Source: Acidobacteriota bacterium
GTDB lineage: Bacteria; Acidobacteriota; UBA6911; RPQK01; CBDAPI01
Direction: 5' to 3'
DNA: 64,000 bases
Assembly (NCBI GenBank): GCA_965205615.1
Contig: CBDBHK010000020.1
Location: forward strand, 86,224 to 150,223
Shown here: positions 51,856 through 62,800 of the stretch, piece by piece
How the letters are laid out: each line of letters begins with the position of its first letter
How positions within the stretch are numbered: the first letter of the stretch is position 1
Made by a program: the position numbers and the translations under genes
The notes under the pieces: model-generated
What the model was told of the DNA's origin: nothing
The model's database searches: none
The model's input: only the letters and a program-made list of their open reading frames with translations

Positions 51856-53214
51856 TTATACCAAACAGGGCGGCCTTTTCAGGTCCCATCGGTGAGAAAT
51901 GGCGGCTAGAGAGGATACCAGTTCCTGGGCTGCCTTTGAGAACCCGGGGATTAGCCGATACCCAGGGTAGATCGGCCGCTCCGTGTCTTCTGCGTTTCGC
52001 AACGCAGTCAAGACGAGGAACTTTACCAGTGAAGCCTGGAACTCCTCTTCACTTGAGAATGCAACTTCCAGGTGCGGGGACCGCTCATACAGTCCGGCGA
52101 TCTGCTTGACCGCAAGGTCCGCGTAACCTAGCAGCGCCTCTGGATGAAACAGATCGCTATGTCGAGAGAGCGGCCGGTATTCCGGTTGTCCCCCAGGGCG
52201 CTGGATCGGCATGGGATCGTTGATCAACGCAGCGGCGAACGCAAAGGCGTCCTCATCAACAGACTTTGCACCGGCGATCAAGACGAGCCGCCACGCGAAG
52301 TACGCTGGAAGCCCGGCGGAAAAACGAAGTCCCGAGAGCCCGTCGCCAACGGAGACCAACGCGCCAGCGATTCGTAGCACGGCACGTGCGCCAGGGGGCC
52401 AATCCTCTGACGCTAAACCACTCGCCAGAAGCTCGGTGCCCGTCATCAGGGGCGCGAAAGCGCTCTCGAATCGGAGCGCTTCTCCTGCGATCTCGTCGCT
52501 CTGGATCTGACCGCCTTCGCGCAGAGAGCTAAGCGAGCTGACGCGACCTGGCACGTCCGCCTGTATCTCCCGGACAGCTAGACGAATCAGACGATTCAGC
52601 GTTCGTGTGTCCCGCGACGACGCCAGCCCCATGCCAGCCTCGAACCATGAGGCTTCGGGCTCCACGGCCCCGAAAGGAGAGGTATCCTTCAGCACAGTCA
52701 ACGCGCGATTGGTCGTCCGGGGCGGCGCACCGTGGCTACCGAACAACGATAGAGCGTCCTCCAAAGTGTCCACTCGGCATTCGATGTCCTCAATCCGTGC
52801 ATCTGACATCGGCGGCTTCTCGCGTCCTGAGGGATTCTCCAGGAAGTCGCTGACCGGATTGTCCGCCCTGCTCGGATCTCGGTCTACGTCTGATAGCAAG
52901 TCAGCAAGCTGCCGGGTGAGTTCCGCGCATCCCTCCGACGTACGCCAGTCGTAGACATGAGTAGCATATGACCGGAGATCGAAGGGAATGTCCTTTCGGT
53001 CTTGCGCAATGAGTATCGTCCGGTTCCTAAGAACGTGGCGTACGCCAAGCTCGTAGAACACATTCGGATTCCGATCGGTGAGGTCGGCCAGAACCACCCA
53101 GGCTGCGTCGAGATCCTGAACGATCCCCTTGATGAGATTGCCGCGTGTTGCGGTCGATCGGCGGCACTCGTAGCCCGCAGCTTCGACAGCAGGCCGTATG
53201 ACCTCCTCGAACAC
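51856..53214 (-). CDS. hypothetical protein with an N-terminal nucleoside 2-deoxyribosyltransferase-like / TIR-like domain; the native C-terminus is replaced by IS-encoded residues
   Basis: N-terminus VVLADLTDRNPNVFYELGVRHVLRNRTILIAQD (the family pattern h-ADLT..NPNV-YELG-AH). The last ~15 aa (AISHRWDLKRPPCLV) are encoded by the terminus of IS copy 2. The IS630 left end lies 17 bp upstream of the start. Confidence 0.55.
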   Translation of the reverse strand: MFEEVIRPAVEAAGYECRRSTATRGNLIKGIVQDLDAAWVVLADLTDRNPNVFYELGVRHVLRNRTILIAQDRKDIPFDLRSYATHVYDWRTSEGCAELTRQLADLLSDVDRDPSRADNPVSDFLENPSGREKPPMSDARIEDIECRVDTLEDALSLFGSHGAPPRTTNRALTVLKDTSPFGAVEPEASWFEAGMGLASSRDTRTLNRLIRLAVREIQADVPGRVSSLSSLREGGQIQSDEIAGEALRFESAFAPLMTGTELLASGLASEDWPPGARAVLRIAGALVSVGDGLSGLRFSAGLPAYFAWRLVLIAGAKSVDEDAFAFAAALINDPMPIQRPGGQPEYRPLSRHSDLFHPEALLGYADLAVKQIAGLYERSPHLEVAFSSEEEFQASLVKFLVLTALRNAEDTERPIYPGYRLIPGFSKAAQELVSSLAAISHRWDLKRPPCLV

Positions 53215-53231
53215 CCGAGTCCACTCGTCCC

Positions 53232-54398
53232 TAGTGTACTGTCCGGAAAGTTCTTGTAGTTAATAGTCAGGGTACTTTTCTATCCTTGGGCATGGCAAGA
53301 CCACATATTCGACTCGATCTACCCCAACAACACAAAGCAATTCTACAGTCCTGGCTGCGGGCCTCCAACACCAAAAGAATCCTCGCCGAGCGAGCCCAGA
53401 TGATCTTACTGTGCGGGGACGGACTCACAGCAATTGAGGTCTCCCAAAGGCTGTCCAAGCGCCTGGGCAGCATACAGAAGTGGCGAAAGCGCTACCTTGA
53501 GGTGGGGCTATCAGGGTTGGAGGATCAGCCCCGTTCGGGTCGACCACGGCGACTATCGCCAGCGAAGGTACGAAAAATTCTCAAGGCCACCGTGCAGACC
53601 ATCCCCAGGGAATCGACTCATTGGAGCCTGCGCCTCATGGCAGAGTATGCCCAAGTCAGCAAACATCAGGTGACTGAAATCTGGAAAGCCGCAGATCTTA
53701 AGCCCCACCGGATTCGCTCTTTCAAGATCAGCAACGATCCTGATTTCGCCGAGAAGGTGATCGACGTGGTGGGCCTGTACATGGACCCGCCCGACAACGC
53801 TTTGGTTTTGTCTGTAGACGAAAAAACTCAGATTCAGGCTCTGGACCGAACCCAGCCCATGCTTCAGCTCAAACCCGGGCAGGTCCAACGCAGAACCCAC
53901 GATTACAAACGCCACGGGACGGCCAGTCTGTTTGCCGCCTTCGACGTGGCCACCGGTGAAGTAATGGGCCGAATCACGAAACGGCATCGGGCCATAGAGT
54001 TTTTAGCCTTCTTACGTCAGATCGAGCAAGTCGTCCATCCAGATCTGGACGTTCACCTCATTCTCGATAACTCGAGCACTCACAAGACCCAGAAAATCCG
54101 AAACTGGTTCCTACGACGCCCACGTTTTCATCTCCACTTTACTCCTACCAGTGCTTCCTGGTTAAACGCTGTCGAAACCTGGTTTTCACAGCTTGAGCGG
54201 CGTTCCCTTTACCGCAACTCTTTCACTAGTGTTCAAGAGTTGAGGAACGAAATACGAAGATATATTCGAGTGCATAACCAACACCTGGCCAAGCCCTTTA
54301 AGTGGCGGGCCAACGCTACTTCGATCTTAGACAAGGTCGAAAGAGCTCAAAGATCCATCGATCAATGTTAACAACAGGAATTTCTCGGACAGCACACT
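53232..54398 (+). mobile_element. IS630-family insertion sequence (~1.17 kb)
   Basis: Terminal inverted repeats TAGTGTACTGTCCGGAAAGTTCTTGTAGTTAATA and TGTTAACAACAGGAATTTCTCGGACAGCACACTA. A single transposase gene lies inside. Confidence 0.8.
53286..54371 (+). CDS. IS630-family transposase
   Basis: 361 aa. A helix-turn-helix N-terminus and a DDE core (…LDNSSTHKTQKIRNWF… TPTSASWLNAVETWFSQLERR) typical of IS630/Tc1. Confidence 0.9.
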   Translation: MGMARPHIRLDLPQQHKAILQSWLRASNTKRILAERAQMILLCGDGLTAIEVSQRLSKRLGSIQKWRKRYLEVGLSGLEDQPRSGRPRRLSPAKVRKILKATVQTIPRESTHWSLRLMAEYAQVSKHQVTEIWKAADLKPHRIRSFKISNDPDFAEKVIDVVGLYMDPPDNALVLSVDEKTQIQALDRTQPMLQLKPGQVQRRTHDYKRHGTASLFAAFDVATGEVMGRITKRHRAIEFLAFLRQIEQVVHPDLDVHLILDNSSTHKTQKIRNWFLRRPRFHLHFTPTSASWLNAVETWFSQLERRSLYRNSFTSVQELRNEIRRYIRVHNQHLAKPFKWRANATSILDKVERAQRSIDQC

Positions 54399-54530
54399 AG
54401 TACACGATTGCGAAGTCGAGAAGGGCATTATGACGAAGCAAGTCCGTCCACCAGATCGGTCGGATTGTTCGAGGTCTTTAGCCACCGTTAACGCCAGTCG
54501 TCTGGTGGCCGAGCGCCCCAGCCGCCGAAA

Positions 54531-54821
54531 TCACCCCTCCTCGTTAATCTCCGGGACGGGTTGGATTATCAGTTTCTCCTTCTTCAGATGCAGTTCCCTG
54601 AACCCTGCGACAACGGAAGCCAAGAGCTCAAGCTCATCCCTGCTAACCTGGCTCTTGTCACGGCGGTAGCGCCTTGCCGCAGCATAGACATCCTTCGCTT
54701 TGAGGAACTTGCCGGCCTTAGATTTCCAAACGAGGATGTCTCGTTTTCCGTTGGGCGCTAGGCCGCGATCGAATCCGAAAACAGAGTTCGGGTCATCGAA
54801 GACCTGGGGAGGTTTGGGCAC
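54531..54821 (-). CDS. small hypothetical protein (96 aa). Its start and first ~20 codons lie in a 60-bp segment duplicated at 54937..55000
   Basis: ORF only. No family recognised. Confidence 0.3.
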   Translation of the reverse strand: MPKPPQVFDDPNSVFGFDRGLAPNGKRDILVWKSKAGKFLKAKDVYAAARRYRRDKSQVSRDELELLASVVAGFRELHLKKEKLIIQPVPEINEEG

Positions 54822-54825
54822 CTGG

Positions 54826-54936
54826 CCAAGCCCTTTAAGTGGCGGGCCAACGCTACTTCGATCTTAGACAAGGTCGAAAGAGCTCAAAGATCCATCGATC
54901 AATGTTAACAACAGGAATTTCTCGGACAGCACACTA
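54826..54936 (+). repeat. duplicated 3' terminal 111 bp of IS630 (copy of 54288..54398), bracketed by a 60-bp direct repeat
   Basis: Identical to the IS630 right end through …CACACTAG. The flanking segment GGCCGCGATCGAATCC…GGTTTGGGCA occurs at 54767..54826 and again at 54937..55000. Confidence 0.8.
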
Positions 54937-54968
54937 GGCCGCGATCGAATCCGAAAACAGAGTTCGGG

Positions 54969-55827
54969 TCATCGAAGACCTGGGGAGGTTTGGGCATCCG
55001 CCTGTCTCATCAGGTAGATCGCCTCAATGATTTGATCTTCCGATACAGAGTCCCCTCGGAGCAATCTAGCCATAATGCTTTGGATCCTGACAAGATCTGT
55101 GACTCCAAAGACCCGGGTGTAAGCGGCCAGATCGGGTTCTGTTGGGCGGCCCAGGTGGCGACGTTGCAGATGCGTGAGCATCTCGTGAAGGAAATGAGCA
55201 AGCGCATTACAGCCTCCCTCCCCGGTGTCTTTGGGAAAGAAGGTCATCCCAGTTTCCTGATGCGTGAAAAAAACCTGAGTGTCCGCCCGGATCACTGAGA
55301 ACACACAGCATGTCAGCCCTGGGTCGATTCTCCGTCAGCTTTTGCCTCAACCTCTTGAGAGAGACATCGGACCTAAATGCAAAACCCGCACTCAGGATGC
55401 CAGACGATCCTTGGCTACCACTTTGTTCGAGGAAGTTCGATTTCTCGGCAAGACGGCGCACGCTTTCGGCCTTCAAGCCGATATCTCTTAGATCTTGAGC
55501 CCTCAGCGTTGACTTGACCTCGATTGTGGCCTGCACTGACTCAACGAGGATGATCTTCCCTCTCTGCCCCCGATCTCCTGCCAGAGGCGAGTTTGCACGA
55601 TCGCACACGATTACATCCTGCTGCTTGCTCCATTCGTCGTGCGCGTTTACAACCAAACCCGTACACACCCCATATCGACCGTGCAACTGCTTCTCCAGGA
55701 AACGGATCAGGATATCTTCTCGAATGTCGCCTTTAGTGCCTGGATGAGGTACGGGCAGATCTCGGTCGAACTCGGCAAGCATGGCCTTTCGATCAGCTTC
55801 CAGAATCTCTTCAATACGACGGGACAT
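54969..55827 (-). pseudogene. NERD-like / PD-(D/E)xK restriction-endonuclease-fold protein, apparently frameshifted
   Basis: ORF 55207..55827 has GTKGDIREDILIRFL… DVIVCD… IILVESVQATIEVKS, giving D…E-V-K spacing. An overlapping out-of-frame ORF 54969..55304 continues downstream. Confidence 0.45.
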
Positions 55828-56006
55828 GATCTCTTATTATCAACCAAGCTTCTTCGTAACGCTCGGGTTGTTGGTTATGTGCCAGCAGTCTCGGCTCGAC
55901 AAAAGAAAAAGTCCTGCGGGCACATTTTGGGCACAATTCGCCCGATTTAGCATCGGAGTGCAGAAGAGGTGAAATCTAGTAGACCTTGTGTACGCAAAGG
56001 TTTAGC

Positions 56007-56083
<77 letters not shown>

Positions 56084-56210
56084 ACCGGGACTAGAATTTA
56101 ACACGGAAGTCGGCCGGGGGTCCCCACAACCTGTCTTCTCTCAAGTGACCTTGCGAGCCATGCTAGCATTTGCTAGCATGGCTTAGAACTCGTGAAGGAG
56201 TCCGGGTGGC

Positions 56211-56435
56211 ATGAAGACAGTCCAGATTAGCGCTCGAATCGACGGGACGCTCAAGCAGGCAATTGAGAACTATTGCCGTTCGCGCGGCATCGTGATCAAC
56301 CATTTCGTCCAGGAAGCACTGTTCGATCGACTCGAGGAGTTGGAGGACATCGAAGATCTCAAGAGAATCCGCCACGAACCGACCCGCCCTCTTGCAGACG
56401 TCCTGGCAGACCTGAAGCGCGATGGCAAGCTATGA
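56211..56435 (+). CDS. ribbon-helix-helix (CopG/RelB-like) antitoxin
   Basis: 74 aa. MKTVQISARIDGTLKQAIENYCRSRGIVINHFVQEALFDRLEELEDIEDLKRI. It overlaps the downstream toxin gene. Confidence 0.75.
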   Translation: MKTVQISARIDGTLKQAIENYCRSRGIVINHFVQEALFDRLEELEDIEDLKRIRHEPTRPLADVLADLKRDGKL

Positions 56436-56685
56436 AATCGAAATCACCCGGACAGCAGAAAAACGGTTCAGAAAGCTGCCCAGCCAGGACCAAGGCCGGT
56501 TAGCGAAGGCACTCCTGGCGCTGGCCACAAATCCCCTGCCCCGCGGAGCCAGAAAGCTCCAGGGCTACGAGGATGTCTTTCGTATCAGGGTGGGTGCCTA
56601 TCGGATCCTCTACAGCATTGAAGAGCGCAGGCTGATCGTAATCATCCTCAAGATCGGACATCGGCAAGATATATACAGCCGTTGA
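56422..56685 (+). CDS. RelE/ParE-family type II toxin
   Basis: 87 aa. YEIEITRTAEKRFRKLPSQDQGRLAKAL… YRILYSIEERRLIVIILKIGHRQDIY. Confidence 0.8.
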   Translation: MASYEIEITRTAEKRFRKLPSQDQGRLAKALLALATNPLPRGARKLQGYEDVFRIRVGAYRILYSIEERRLIVIILKIGHRQDIYSR

Positions 56686-56797
56686 AGACGCGGTTCGGTT
56701 CCGGTCCGGTCGCCGCCTTGAGGTGTCTCCCACGCTCTTGATTCGAGGATCGTAAACGGCCGCCGCCACTCTCTTTGTTCCGGCCTCCCGCTCTCTT

Positions 56798-59700
56798 TTA
56801 CCTTGGGGGCTCCAGGACAGGGAAGGCCGTCAGGGTTCCCACGTCTCCTGGAAACGGATTGGAAGGGTCGTCGTTCTGGAGCAGGGTCACGGCGATGATC
56901 GGGAAGGGGCTCGAAATAGCCAGCAGACCTCGCATCTCGTCGATTCCCTCTACGTCCGGAAACAACTGGGTTACGAATTGAGCGGTGTGCTGGCCGGCCA
57001 GCAGTTCCAGCTCCCGGGTCGCTAACTCGGCTCCCGACGCGTCCTCGAGTCTCAGCTCCATGAATCCGCCCCCTCCTCCTCCGGCCGGACCCGGCACCGG
57101 GTTGGCAAGAGCGACACCCGTCTCGGCGTTGCCGGTGGTGTCGACGAACAGGAAGAAGCTGGTCCCTGGCCGCGACGCCGGCACTCCAGATTCGGTCTCC
57201 AGGAGCCCCGAGGGAAGATCAACCCTGGAAAAAACGGCTGAGCCGCCCAGGCCCTCCTCGGAGGTCACCCGCGCGTAGCCGGCCTGTATGGCCGCTTGGC
57301 CGCTGGTTTCCAGGACCCTGGACTGCCCCGATCCCAGCTGAAAGTTAAACGTCGAGTCGGTTCCCAGGCCGTCTATCCTGAGGACCATCGGATCCCCGTT
57401 GGGGTCGAAGACGTCCAACTGGACCGGTACCTGGCCGGCGGCCACGTTGGCCAGGTTGATCGCCGTCTGCAGTCCAATCGGCCCCGCCTGCCCGTTTCCG
57501 ATCTGGGCAAAAAAGAACTGGATCGGTATCGCGCCCTGTGGTTCCGGCCCCAAAAACTCGGGAGCTCTCCCCTCCAGCACGGGGAAGGCGGCCAGGGTCG
57601 GGACTTCCTGGGGGAATTCGACTCCCGGGGCATCATTCTGTCGCAAGGTGACCAGCGCGATCGGATCCAAGCTCCCCACAGTCAGGACGCCCCGCATCTC
57701 CGGGGCCTGCTCGACATCCGGGAAGAGCTGGGAGACAAAGGCGGCTTGATGCCGGCCCGCCCCCAGTTCCAGAACCGTCTCCCCCAGCAGGGTGAATTCC
57801 GGGTCGAAGAGCTTGAAAAACATCTCGCCCGGGAGGCCTGTCGGGGAGCTGCCTGCGCGAAAGGTCTGCTCCGAAGGAAAGACCTGACGATCGACGACGT
57901 TGACGATGGCCAGCCCCGTCTCCAGGTCGCCGAGCGAGTCCACGAACAGAGTCGCTTCCTGCAGCCACTCCGACGCCGGCACCCCAGCCTGGTAGAGGAT
58001 CGTCCCCGTGGGCACGTCCCGGCGTGTGAAGATCCCCGTCACGCCGATGCTCGCTCCACCCCGGATGCGAGCGTAGCCGGCCTCGATTGCGCCGGTGCCC
58101 GAGGTCGTCAGATTCCATGTCTCTCCAGGTCCCAGGCTTGCTGAAACGGACGAGACCTTGTTTTCTCCAGCCGGATCCTGACCATTCAGGTCCAGCTCCC
58201 ACCGTCCTCCTGTGGGATCGAAGAAATCGATCGTGAAAGCGGCGTGCCGTCTCTCGAGAGTGCTGGCGACATCGATCTCGGTGCTCAAAATGATATTGCC
58301 GGTCTGACCGTTCCCTACCTGGGTGAGGTACTGGACGTGCTCGAGGGACTGCAGCTCAAAGGCACCGATATCCACGGCGGGGCCGAAGACCCGGTCTTGC
58401 TCGTTCAGGTCGAGGTCACCCAGGCCGCCCGGGGGATCATTGTTGCCGGCATTGATGCCGGGGGAGCCGGCCAGCAATCGATAGTCGCCGTTTTCAGGAT
58501 CGGCGAACAAGGGATCGACGCAGATCAGGTTATTGTTCCCCGGCAATCTCTCGGGGTGCGTCAGGTCCGTTCCATTCCCGTAAACAATGGTATTGTCCAT
58601 CCCGGCGAACAGGAACCGGATGCCGTTCTCTGCGTTGTTGGCGATGGTCAGGTTCGTGAGTTGGATATCAGGGCCGTCACCATTGATGCCGTTCTGGAGG
58701 CCATCCGCAATCAGTGAATCCGTAAGGGCGAACGACGCCTCGAAGGCGCTGAGGTAGACCTGTGCCGAATTGCTGCTCTCGGTTCCCGAGTTGTCCAGCC
58801 AGGTGTTCCTCCTGGCCGTGAGCTGGCTCCCGCTGCCGGCTGAAAAAAAGCTCCGGCACCCCTGGGTCTCCCCGCCCCCTGAAACCGATTCCCCCGCATA
58901 AAGTTGTCGTGGAACTGGACCTGAGCGTTCTCGAATGCATCGATCTCGGCGGCCCCGCCGCTCACATTGCCCTCAGAGATCACAGTGTTGTTGAGAAAGA
59001 CGTTGTCCGTGATCTCGAGCGTTGTTTCGCCTGTGCCTCCTGCCGAAAGCCCGCCTCCGATGGCGCATTCCGTCGCGGCACTCCACCACATTGTCCTCAA
59101 ACCGGTTGTTCAGGATCTGAATCGATGAGTTCCCGGTCGCGAAGAGATTCAGTCCACCACCCACCGAGTTGTGCAGAACGGAACGGGCCTCGTTTCCGAT
59201 GAACCTGCAGGAACTGACCTCAACACTTGCATCCTGGCCGGGCGAGATTTCTACGGGCCCGCCGGCTGAACTGCTGCCCTCGGCAACGTTGCCCTCAAAA
59301 ATACAGCCGCGCATCACGAGACTGGATGCGTCGTTGACGTCGGCGGTGATGGCTGACGCAAAAGGCGCTTCGGAAGATCCGTCGTCGAGCCCACCCCTGT
59401 TATCTGTGAAATTGCAGCCAATAATCTCAACGGTCGCGGTGCCGGAAGCGATCAGAAACATTGCCGCCCCCGCCTGCTCGCTGAACCCTTCGGTAAGCGT
59501 CAGATTCTCCAGCCGCAGCTCTCCGCTTCCGATGGCGCTGACGGACAGTATCTCGCTGCTGGTCCCACCGCTAAGGTACGTCAGCGAGGCACCCGGCGTC
59601 ATTTCGCTGAAAGCACCGTTCCATCCCCCCGAAATGGTCAGGGAGCGGTTGTCGTTCACGGCCACACTGGTTTCCCCGTCGTCGAAGACTCCCTCCTGGA

Positions 59701-59854
59701 TGCGGATCTCGTTGTCACCGCCCACTACAACCGCAGCGGTAACAGCGGACTGGAGGGTGGTGTGTGTTCCGGCCGGTCCGACCGTGAAGACATCGCCGAA
59801 CACGAGCGTGGCGGACAGCAGTAAAGTCATTGCGAAGCAGCAGAAACGGATCAT
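56798..59854 (-). pseudogene. secreted right-handed parallel beta-helix protein with two C-terminal ~250-aa repeat modules, paralog A, with at least two frameshifts
   Basis: The signal peptide and beta-helix N-terminus (ORF 58973..59854) fall out of frame into ORF 58711..59100, then resume as ORF 56798..58600 (…DPLFADPENGDYRLLAGSPGINAG…DIGAFE, followed by QVGNGQ… modules). It is collinear with the 59851..62903 paralog. Confidence 0.7.
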
Positions 59855-62800
59855 GGCGAGGTCTCCTCGAGTACTGGAAAGGCAGTCAAAGTCCCGATGT
59901 CCTGGGGAAAGGCAGTCGCCGGATCGTCGTTCTGAAGCAGGGTCACGGCCACGATCGGCACCAGACTCGAGACTTCCAGCAGGCCTCTCATCTCGTCGAT
60001 CCCTTCGACCTCGGGGAAGAGCTGGCTGACGAACTGGGCGGTGTGTTGACCCGTTCCCAGTTCCAGCTCCCGCTCGGCCAACAGCTGACCGGCCATATCC
60101 AGCAGTTTCATGTCGATCAAAGCCATCTCACCGGCGGGCACGGGACCGGGATTGGCCAGGGCCAGACCGGTGTCGGCGTCGCCCGTGGTGACCACAAAGA
60201 GGGAAAAAGAGTTGAGCGGACGTGCCGAGGGCACTCCGGATTCGGTTTCCAGAATCCCGCTTGGGACATCTATCCTCCGGAAGACCGCCGAACCCCCGAC
60301 TCCCTCCTGCGTGGAGACGCGCGCATAACCGGCTTTGATACCCCCAAGCCCATCCGTCCGCACCACCCTCGACTCGCCTCGGTTCAAATTAAAGTTGAAA
60401 GAAGAGCCCGAGCCGAGACCTTCCAGGGTTAAGACCAGTGGATCTCCCGAGCTTTCAAAAAAATCGATCTGTACGTCACCGTCCTGGAAAATCGTATTGG
60501 CAACGCTGAGAGAGGTCTGAAGACCAATCCCGCCCAGCTGTCCGTTGCCGATCTGGGCAAAGTAGTAGATGTCGGGGTCGATACCGGAAGGCGTCTGGCC
60601 GGCTGGTACAGGCGACCGACCGGAAAGGACCGGGAAGGCAGCAAGAGTGGGGACTTCATCGGGATAGTCCAGCCCCGGCCTGTCGTTCTGGCGCAAGGTC
60701 ACCAGCGTAACGCAGTCAGTGCCGTCCATGCACTCTGCGGTCAGAACGCCCTGCATCTCCAGAGCCTCTTGCGACTCGGGGAAAAGCTGGGAGACAAAGA
60801 GCGCCTCGTGCTCTCCCGGCTGCAGCAGCTTCTGTGTCTGATCGATCTGATTGAACTCGGCGTCATAGAGCGTCAGGGTCAGGTCCGCATCCCTGATGAA
60901 TTCCGAGGGATCAATGGGGTTGACCATGGCCACACCGGTTTCGAGATCACCCAGAGTATCCACGAATAGTGTCGCCGACCTGACCCCTGCACCACTAGAA
61001 GCAGGGATTCCCGCCTGATAGAGGACCGTGCCGCTGGGGCCGTGTCGCCGCGTAAAGATGCCGGTCACGCCAGTGTTTTCGCCGCTTCGAATACGAACAT
61101 AGCCTGCTTCTACGTCCCCAGTCCCGAAGTCTCCAGGCTCCAGCTCTCGCCCGGATCCAGCAGGACAGAGACCGAGGACAGTCTGTTTTCCCCGGCCGGC
61201 AGTTCTCCCTTCACGCCTACCTCCCAGGGAGCCCCCGAGGAGTCAAGAAACTCGAGGGTGAAGCCTTCGGCTCCCTCACTTGCCGTGCTCGCAGCATCGA
61301 TCTCGGTGCTGAGGACAATGGTGCCGGCCTGACCATTCCCGACCTGGGCAAGGTACTGGATGGTCTGATCGGAGGGGGCGACTTCATAAGCCCCGATATC
61401 CACCCGGCCGCCCCAGTCCCGATCCTCCCCGTCCAGGTCAAACTCTCCCAGACCTCCGGGTGGGTCGCTGTCGGCGACGTCAACCGCAGGGGAGCCGGGC
61501 ATGAGATGGTAGTCGCCGTTTTCGGCGTCCACAAAAAATGGGTCGGTTTCGACCAGGTTGCTTCCAGTCTCTGTTCCCTCATCCGGAGTGGAATTGCTCC
61601 CATTGTTGAAAACGATTGAGTTGTAAAAACTCATGGTTCCGACTCTGAACGTTGAAATCGCAGACCCTGCGTTATCGGCAAGCGTGAAGTTTGAGAGACG
61701 AAGAATTGACTCCTCGTGATCGGTTATGCCACTAATCCCTCCTGCGTTCGATCCGGCAACCACCGAGTCTCTCATGATCAGTGCCGAGGAGTTGGCGGAG
61801 ATAAGGGAAAGACTATCTGACCTCTGGTTAACGAGATCCAGGGTTTGGAACCAGAAGTTCCGCTCCGCTGCAACTCGAGCTTCGTCTCTGAGCCAGATCG
61901 CAGCACCCGGGCCGCTTGCTGAGCCCTCTCCCATGGCCTGGTTGTCGACGATGGTGTTGTAGGAAAAGCTCCCTTCCGCCTGACCCTCTACCTCAAGGTA
62001 GACACCCGCACCCGTGCTGGAATTGGTGGAAGTCACCGTACGGTTGCTCCGAAAATCGTTGCCTTCAACTAAAAAACTCGACGTGTCCCGAGCGGCCATT
62101 TCCATTCCACCACCGGCAGTCGTAGAGCCGCCCGAAGTCACCGTGTTGTTCCTGCAGGTGTTCCCGGTCAGAGTCAAACCACTGTTGTCTTCCAGGAAGA
62201 CTCCGATCGCCCCTCCCCCGGCGCTCCTATCCTGGCTCTCGACCAGGTTGTCGTGGATGCTGTTGTCACGTACGGTGACCGTCGAGGTTCCCCGTGTGCG
62301 CAGGTTGACCGTGGCGCTTGCATTGTTGACGGCGTCAATACGATTACCGTATATCTCGCAGGAGTCGACGATGAGGTGGGTGTCCCCCCGCAGGAGGGCG
62401 TGGATGGCCGAGCCTCTCATCTGGGAGTTCTGATCATTTCCGACCAGGTTCTCGACGATCTGAAGATCCAGCAGCTCAACCTGGCTCTGCTGACAATCGA
62501 TTCGGATGCCCGCTCCCTCTTCCATGTCAAACCCGTCCCGCACCGTGAGGTTTTGGATAGAAACCACGGAACCGGTTCCAATTCCCGAGATATCGATCAC
62601 GCGGCTGGCCATGTCCCCTGACAAGGCTGTAAGAGAAGCATCCTCAGTCTGAACATCGAAGGTGTCGTTCCAGCCGCCGCTGATCACCACATCACCGGTC
62701 AGATCCTGTGCCGGGACAACCACAGTCCCGCTGAACATGCCTTCCTGCACCCGGATCTCATTGTCCCCTCCCGTGGCGACCGCCGCGTCGACCGCGGACT

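Larger units (their letters stand above)
48525..51905 (-). mobile_element. IS1380-like element, copy 2 (reverse orientation), split by a nested IS at 48889..50527
   Basis: 48525..48888 is the IS right end, about 98% identical to the reverse complement of ~8690..9053. 50528..51905 is the remainder, carrying the transposase. The two halves join exactly at …GAGCTTCAA|GCGAATCG of copy 1. The left terminus at ~51890..51905 is degenerate. Confidence 0.8.
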
